From NCBI GenBank assembly GCA_013002595.1, contig JABDJG010000473.1:1-39970 (forward strand): a stretch of 39,970 nucleotides of DNA, given 5' to 3'. This document shows positions 35,842-39,970 of the stretch, piece by piece. Origin of the DNA: Hyphomicrobiales bacterium. GTDB taxonomy: Bacteria > Pseudomonadota > Alphaproteobacteria > Rhizobiales > Aestuariivirgaceae. The notes under the pieces are model-generated. The model saw nothing but the letters and a program-made list of their open reading frames with translations, had not been told where the DNA came from and searched no databases. The position numbers and the translations under genes are program-made. Every line of letters begins with the position of its first letter. The first letter of the stretch is position 1.

Positions 35842-36837
35842 TCAATTGAAGAAACCTGCCAGTTTTACCTGCTGACCGCCCAATCCCTGCTTGAATTTCC
35901 TCACACCGGCCGCGCCTTCGTCGTTCACGCCGCCGAGGTCAAAGTCAGTGATGCCTCTTGCCTTGAGTTGCACGATAGCCTGCCAGAGCAGCTGATGGTG
36001 TGCACCCAGTTTGCGCCCGCCGGCACTGGTCCAGCCGATCTGATAGGTCGCCGATGTGCCGTGTAGCAGTATCAAGATGCCCGCAACGACTTGCCCGTCC
36101 TGTGTTGCATTCCAGATCACCGCCTCTTGCCGTGGCACCATGGATTGCAGCAGTGCAGTGAGCAGTTTAATGGGCGGGCCACTATAGGACTTTTCGAGAC
36201 GGTCGGTTTCGTAGGCCTTCATGAACGGAGCCGAACTTGCGCCGGTCCAGTCGTCGGTCACAATCAGGCTGCTGCGCTCGGATTTCGACAGGACATTGCG
36301 CCATTTGCCATTCAGACCGGCACGGAGCGTTTCCACGGTGCCGGTCAGATCAAGCCAGATTGTTTGATAGCCTTCAAAGTTCGACTTGCGGACGTATCCA
36401 GATGTCGTGATTGTTGCCCTATTGTCCTTGTTGTCTACAACCTCGGGCAGCAGGCGGATTTTGCGTCCGATGCGCCTTGGAAATTCTTGAGCAAGTGCCC
36501 GGAAGAACGCGGCCAGATGGTCTGGAGTGCCAAAGCCGGCAAACCACAATGGCCCCCGGTCGAGACTGATTGCATGCACCAGGTTCTTGATGACACCGAC
36601 CTCGGCCAGCTGAACCAGCCCGGCCTCGCATCCATCGATCTTGACGATACCGTGCCGGGCGCCGATCTGATTGGCCGCCCGGTTGGCCAGTGCGTACGGG
36701 TAGTGCTGCAACAGTGTGGAACGCCGAATGGATCTAAAATAGTCTTCCCATGTTGCAAGCGGTACGGGTGCCCAATCGATTTCACAGATTGCCATGTGCG
36801 TTGCCAGCAGACGCGAAAACCCGGTCAAATGATTCAA
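35842..36837 (-). CDS. FemAB-like / GNAT-fold acyl- or aminoacyl-transferase
   Basis: 331 aa, TTG start (ATG 36795 alternative). The C-terminal half VVAGILILLHGTSATYQIGWTSAGGRKLGAHHQLLWQAIVQLKARGITDFDLGGVNDEGAAGVRKFKQGLGG has the FemAB-like GNAT (BioF2-like acetyltransferase) pattern. Last gene of the YcaO operon. Confidence 0.7.
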   Translation of the reverse strand: MNHLTGFSRLLATHMAICEIDWAPVPLATWEDYFRSIRRSTLLQHYPYALANRAANQIGARHGIVKIDGCEAGLVQLAEVGVIKNLVHAISLDRGPLWFAGFGTPDHLAAFFRALAQEFPRRIGRKIRLLPEVVDNKDNRATITTSGYVRKSNFEGYQTIWLDLTGTVETLRAGLNGKWRNVLSKSERSSLIVTDDWTGASSAPFMKAYETDRLEKSYSGPPIKLLTALLQSMVPRQEAVIWNATQDGQVVAGILILLHGTSATYQIGWTSAGGRKLGAHHQLLWQAIVQLKARGITDFDLGGVNDEGAAGVRKFKQGLGGQQVKLAGFFN

Positions 36838-36879
36838 TTTAACAATGAACCGCTCTGGTGCCGAAGCTGTCTGTTCGGT

Positions 36880-37326
36880 TTATTTTCTGGTCTGCTGCGC
36901 CAGGATACTATTTGCCTCCACCCGGGCCATATCGACGAGATATGCCAGGAACTTCAGATCAGCCGCAAGACAGATGTCTTTGAGCTCTTCCGCCATATTG
37001 TGCACGTACAGCACAACATCCGATTTGCTTGCTTTGGACTCCAACCATACTTTTGAAATTTCTTGTTTGCCGGCAGATTCCATTTGTTCGGTTGTCGCGC
37101 CACTTGTGGTCGGCGCATCGTGCTGATCCTGTCCGGATGGTTCTCGCAACTCGGTTGTCAGCAACTCATAGAGTTCCGTGATGTTGGGGTCATCCAGCGA
37201 GGCAATGTCTTGTTGTAACGAGGTTGCCTTGTCGAGAACGTGTGTCCTAACGCATTTGCCCAGATGCGGGTTCGCAATGTGGCCCGCATCCTCAGTTTGC
37301 AAGAAAGTTGGTTGTCTCTTATTCAT
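36880..37326 (-). CDS. hypothetical 148-aa protein (orphan) inside the YcaO-TfuA operon
   Basis: Track ORF 36880-37494 trimmed to ATG 37326 (M57, GGGACGG upstream), because the long form would overlap tfuA by 97 nt. Acidic/Thr-rich N-terminal half and a helical C-terminal half (VVLYVHNMAEELKDICLAADLKFLAYLVDMARVEANSIL). No family recognised. Confidence 0.45.
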   Translation of the reverse strand: MNKRQPTFLQTEDAGHIANPHLGKCVRTHVLDKATSLQQDIASLDDPNITELYELLTTELREPSGQDQHDAPTTSGATTEQMESAGKQEISKVWLESKASKSDVVLYVHNMAEELKDICLAADLKFLAYLVDMARVEANSILAQQTRK

Positions 37327-37397
37327 TACTGCCGTCCCGTCATTTTTGTGTTGTCGATTGCCGGTAGCCGGTTCAATCAGGTTAAAAAGGTTTGCCC

Positions 37398-38144
37398 CTA
37401 GTGCGATTGGTTCGGAGCGGCGTTTTCGATTTCTGAGATCATGGCACGCCACTGGGATGATTGACTGAAACTCCAATCGTCTGGAGGAACACACTTCGTT
37501 TCAGGTAACTTGATCCACTCTACTAACTGCATTGCGTCTTGCTGCTTTATGTTGACCTTATGTTGATTGGCCCACGCAATCAGGCGTTGGACCCTTCGCA
37601 GCTCGATGATGGGCAAACTGCCCAGGACTGATGAGAAATTTAACTCCGCGTAGTGTGTCCGGCGTGCCGCAGTCGTGGCCGACTGCCATTCCAGCGTCGA
37701 GATCATCTTGTCTGCACGCATGGCATTGAGAGTGGCCAGGATGTTCACGCGAGGCTCAGACAGAGGCTGATAGCCAAATTCGTGTGTTGCATGCACCAGG
37801 GCCACATCGGAATCGTCGACCAGTTCTCCAGCCTGATACATCTGGAATACCTGCCCGATGCCGATCATCCCGAACGGGGCACATTCCGCGGCGCGAAGAG
37901 CGCCCATGCTGGCGGCGCCGGCGACCGACACGCCTTCGGACAACGCAAATAGAATTTCCTTGTGCCAAACCGACCGGGTCTGTTCAAAGCAGCCATCGAT
38001 AATTCCGATGGTGGATGCACCATTCAGCACCGCCTTGGCAACATCGCCCCAAACAACGGGCCCGGCGATAATCAGTTCAGGATCCTCTTGTTGAACTTGA
38101 TCGATCATTCCGGCCAGACTGGGGCCTGCGAACAAAATCCTCAC
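37398..38144 (-). CDS. tfuA: TfuA-like protein (YcaO partner)
   Basis: 248 aa; the GTG start overlaps the ycaO TGA stop (GTGA). Family pattern MRILFAGPSL...GPVVWGDV...IGIIDGCFEQTRSVWHKEILFALSEGVSVAGAASMGALRAAECAPFGMIGIGQVFQMY...DDSDVALVH. Confidence 0.85.
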   Translation of the reverse strand: MRILFAGPSLAGMIDQVQQEDPELIIAGPVVWGDVAKAVLNGASTIGIIDGCFEQTRSVWHKEILFALSEGVSVAGAASMGALRAAECAPFGMIGIGQVFQMYQAGELVDDSDVALVHATHEFGYQPLSEPRVNILATLNAMRADKMISTLEWQSATTAARRTHYAELNFSSVLGSLPIIELRRVQRLIAWANQHKVNIKQQDAMQLVEWIKLPETKCVPPDDWSFSQSSQWRAMISEIENAAPNQSH

Positions 38145-39385
38145 GCTGCGACCCCTTGCATGTGGCGAAGGCCGCGCTGGGTTATCTGAACGCGGTTGCC
38201 CTGAAGAGGAACCTGAAGTTCATCGGCGATCACACGAACGACGTGAATGCCAAATTCCTGCGCATCCAATTCGACGACCAGTATCTGTTCGATGCCAACC
38301 GAATTCAGCCGATCCGTTAAGTCCTCGACCTTTTGTTTCATGCTAGCCGGTTCGGCCGGGCTCCGGGAACTGGCTTGCGCTCGGCCAGGACGTGCATAGG
38401 AATTCGGCCGACTGTCCGGTAGGTCGTGGAGTTTTTCAGCCTCATAGTGCTCGGCGCGAATATCGTCTCGTGCACCAGCGACCAGGGCCAATCGGGCTTG
38501 GGCGGCCTCCGTGATGGCCTTGACCATGGCGCGCCCTGCATCGGGATGACACCCGCATCCGCCACACTTGCTGCCGGTCTGGCCCGCAGCTTCATGGCGG
38601 TAATGTTTGGGTTCCAGCAAGGCCAGAAATGCGGGTAATTCAGTGTCTGAGTGCATATGAAACATACGCAGACTCAAGCCAGCAGCCTCGATCAGTTGTA
38701 ACAGCGCGGGCAGGTGTACGTCTTCTTGCCCCGTTGGCTGAAATTCAGAGTTACGCAGATTCTGCTTGGGCAGAAACTGCATATTGGCCAACGCATCTCT
38801 TTCAATGAGCTCGCATAAGGCATGAAACACTGCTTCATCATGGGTGTTGCCGGATGCAAGGCCGTCAGATGCAACATAAAATGCATCGTGATAGCCGGTC
38901 GGGGACTCGCGGTGATCGAGGCCGACCAGGGACCAGGGCACAAATGTAAGGTCATCTGTTCCAAGGTTCCTGGCTTGCTTCCAGGCCGTGGTTTCAAACG
39001 CTGCAAATCGATGAGGGTGGCAACGGGCAATTGACGCCAGATCGATGATGGGTTGCCCTGAACGGTTCAAGGAATCAAACGATGTCCAAACGACTGTGTC
39101 TGGCAGGCGCTCGGCGATCGCCGTCTCTGCGGCTTCCATCGCAGCCGAGATCATCGCTGAATCAATATCCGGTCCCTTGCCCAGACTAACAGAAAGGCTG
39201 TGTGAGTTTGGACGCACAGCCAACGCCACCGGAATGCCTAGGTGATCCAGGCCGGTTAGTTCTCCAAGCCGCGATATGCCAAGGCTGTGGAAATGCGGCC
39301 GCAAGCGAGCCAATGTCTGGCGAGCGCCACATGATCTGTCATTGTGCAGGCTACTTGGACTTCGAACGGCATACTGTTGTGACAT
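38141..39385 (-). CDS. ycaO: YcaO-domain protein (ATP-dependent peptide backbone-modifying enzyme)
   Basis: Track ORF 38141-39433 (TTG start) trimmed to ATG 39385 (GGAG 10 nt upstream); 414 aa. YcaO blocks LGISRLGELTGLDHLGIPVALAVRPNSHSLSVSLGKGPDIDSAMISAAMEAAETAIAE, ASDGLASGNTHDEAVFHALCELIERDA and GGCGCHPDAGRAMVKAITEAAQARLALVAGARDDI. Confidence 0.9.
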   Translation of the reverse strand: MSQQYAVRSPSSLHNDRSCGARQTLARLRPHFHSLGISRLGELTGLDHLGIPVALAVRPNSHSLSVSLGKGPDIDSAMISAAMEAAETAIAERLPDTVVWTSFDSLNRSGQPIIDLASIARCHPHRFAAFETTAWKQARNLGTDDLTFVPWSLVGLDHRESPTGYHDAFYVASDGLASGNTHDEAVFHALCELIERDALANMQFLPKQNLRNSEFQPTGQEDVHLPALLQLIEAAGLSLRMFHMHSDTELPAFLALLEPKHYRHEAAGQTGSKCGGCGCHPDAGRAMVKAITEAAQARLALVAGARDDIRAEHYEAEKLHDLPDSRPNSYARPGRAQASSRSPAEPASMKQKVEDLTDRLNSVGIEQILVVELDAQEFGIHVVRVIADELQVPLQGNRVQITQRGLRHMQGVAA

Positions 39386-39462
39386 ACATTCAACGCTCCG
39401 GGTTCTCGAAAGGCGAACAAATCCGATGGCCAATTTCCGGCGTGACCATCGGATCTAGAAGT

Positions 39463-39777
39463 TTAGGACGGCAGGTTGGCGTCGCGGCAACCAAGCTCAG
39501 TTGGCTCGGAGCGCATGGTGAACATGACACCGTCGAGCTTGTCGCTCTGGTGTTCGGTGGGCTCGGAGCGCATGGTGAACATGACGCCGTCGAGCTTGTC
39601 GCTTTTGTGCTCGGTGGGCTCGGAACGCATGGTGAACATGACGCCGTCGAGTTTGTCGGTTGCGGTTGCACTCAGTCCATTGCCGGCAACGGCTTTGGTT
39701 GAGACCGGAAAGGCTTCACCGTTCGGTGAACCGAAGACCATTGTTCCCGCGGACTTGTCATACGAAAAACTGCTCAT
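39463..39777 (-). CDS. 104-aa tandem-repeat small protein; candidate multi-core RiPP precursor
   Basis: ATG 39777 is preceded by GGAGAGAG (5-nt spacer). The ORF ends 77 nt upstream of ycaO on the same strand. It carries three tandem copies of DKLDGVMFTMRSEPTE separated by HKS/HQS. All variation between the core copies falls on every third base. The precursor role is inferred from context. Confidence 0.6.
   Translation of the reverse strand: MSSFSYDKSAGTMVFGSPNGEAFPVSTKAVAGNGLSATATDKLDGVMFTMRSEPTEHKSDKLDGVMFTMRSEPTEHQSDKLDGVMFTMRSEPTELGCRDANLPS
39496..39657 (-). repeat. 57-nt tandem repeat, 2.8 copies, in-frame within the small ORF
   Basis: Units at 39601-39657 and 39544-39600, plus a 48-nt third unit at 39496-39543. 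Six variable sites occur across the 48-nt cores, all in the same codon register. Confidence 0.9.
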
Positions 39778-39970
39778 AATTCTCTCTCCATGTTTTTGAT
39801 TCAGAGATCAAATCATTAACGGGCAGGCGTGACTCCTGTGTGAGAGTCGACGATCAGCGTGTCACAACGCCGATCGACCGCAGTCACTATTTGAGACCTG
39901 CACGCCATAGTCCTTCGAGCAAGTGCTTGGTATCTTTGATGTTTTTGTCCGGGATCACCGTGAACAAACG

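Noticed and set aside
36091-37056. 321-aa plus-strand ORF antisense to the FemAB-like gene and the orphan ORF
   Set aside because: The opposite strand encodes a protein with a clear FemAB/GNAT pattern. This frame gives Cys/Pro/Arg-rich sequence with no recognisable family and no convincing ribosome-binding site.
37327-37494. Long form (204 aa) of the orphan ORF overlapping tfuA by 97 nt
   Set aside because: The first 56 residues are Arg/Cys-rich and lie inside the tfuA 3' coding region. ATG 37326 with an upstream GGGACGG avoids the overlap. This is uncertain without expression data.
39386-39433. TTG-initiated 16-codon extension of YcaO
   Set aside because: ATG 39385 has a GGAG 10 nt upstream, and the YcaO family similarity begins after it. 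The longer form cannot be excluded.
39496-39657. The 57-nt tandem repeats as a possible CRISPR array
   Set aside because: The units are directly adjacent with no unique spacers, and there are only 2.8 copies. They are in-frame with third-base-only variation, and no cas genes are present.
39476-39799. 107-aa plus-strand ORF (repeating GSERMVNMTPSSLS) across the tandem repeat, and the related 39202-39702 ORF
   Set aside because: These ORFs are open only because the repeat lacks stops in several frames. The first has a TTG start, runs into the upstream promoter region and is convergent with the YcaO operon. The minus frame has ATG plus GGAGAGAG and operon context. The strand cannot be excluded from substitution patterns alone because the wobble positions coincide, so this rejection is provisional.
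39887-39970. Possible 3' end of a further minus-strand gene at the window edge (…FTVIPDKNIKDTKHLLEGLWRAGLK-stop)
   Set aside because: Only 27 codons are visible, and a second minus-strand frame is also open across the same bases. That is too little to call or name. It matters only because the YcaO cluster might continue upstream.

Overview
About 36 kb of this window (roughly 1,050-35,800) is one contiguous flagellar/motility regulon of the alphaproteobacterial Rhizobiales (Hyphomicrobiales) type. Its plus-strand order is flgB-flgC-fliE-flgG-flgA-flgI-motE-flgH-fliL-fliP, two tandem short flagellin genes, fliF, a FliH-like ORF, motB-motC-fliK(motD), a lytic transglycosylase, the OmpR-type regulator rem, flgE-flgK-flgL-flaF-flbT-flgD-fliQ-flhA-fliR, and four small flagellar-context ORFs including flgJ and a second FliL-like gene. 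An inverted block follows (fliI-flgF-DUF1217-like, minus strand), then motA-fliM-fliN-fliG-flhB. Many junctions are ATGA/GTGA/TGATG start-stop overlaps, which suggests translational coupling. motC, motE, rem, flaF/flbT and multiple about 300-aa flagellins point to a Sinorhizobium/Mesorhizobium/Agrobacterium-like organism, although the block order is permuted relative to what I recall for S. meliloti. No rRNA, tRNA or CRISPR was seen. The last about 4 kb (35,842-39,777, minus strand) is unrelated accessory DNA and the most interesting part. It is a tightly packed five-gene operon. A 104-aa ORF carrying three tandem copies of DKLDGVMFTMRSEPTE comes first, followed by a YcaO protein, a TfuA protein (GTGA overlap with YcaO), a 148-aa orphan and a FemAB/GNAT-fold transferase. 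I read this as a candidate multi-core, thioamide-type RiPP pathway with an unusual tailoring enzyme. Its product, and even the coding status of the repeat ORF, are inference. Other points worth a second look: a 268-bp MITE/RIME-like element with perfect 21-bp terminal inverted repeats and TA flanks between rem and flgE; a perfect 17-bp tandem duplication that creates a 6-codon uORF over the fliQ start; conserved hairpins that sequester the Shine-Dalgarno sequence in both flagellin leaders; and a degenerate receiver domain in Rem. Internal start codons were placed by arithmetic from the supplied ORF track. Intergenic coordinates were anchored to neighbouring start or stop codons and could be off by 1-2 nt.
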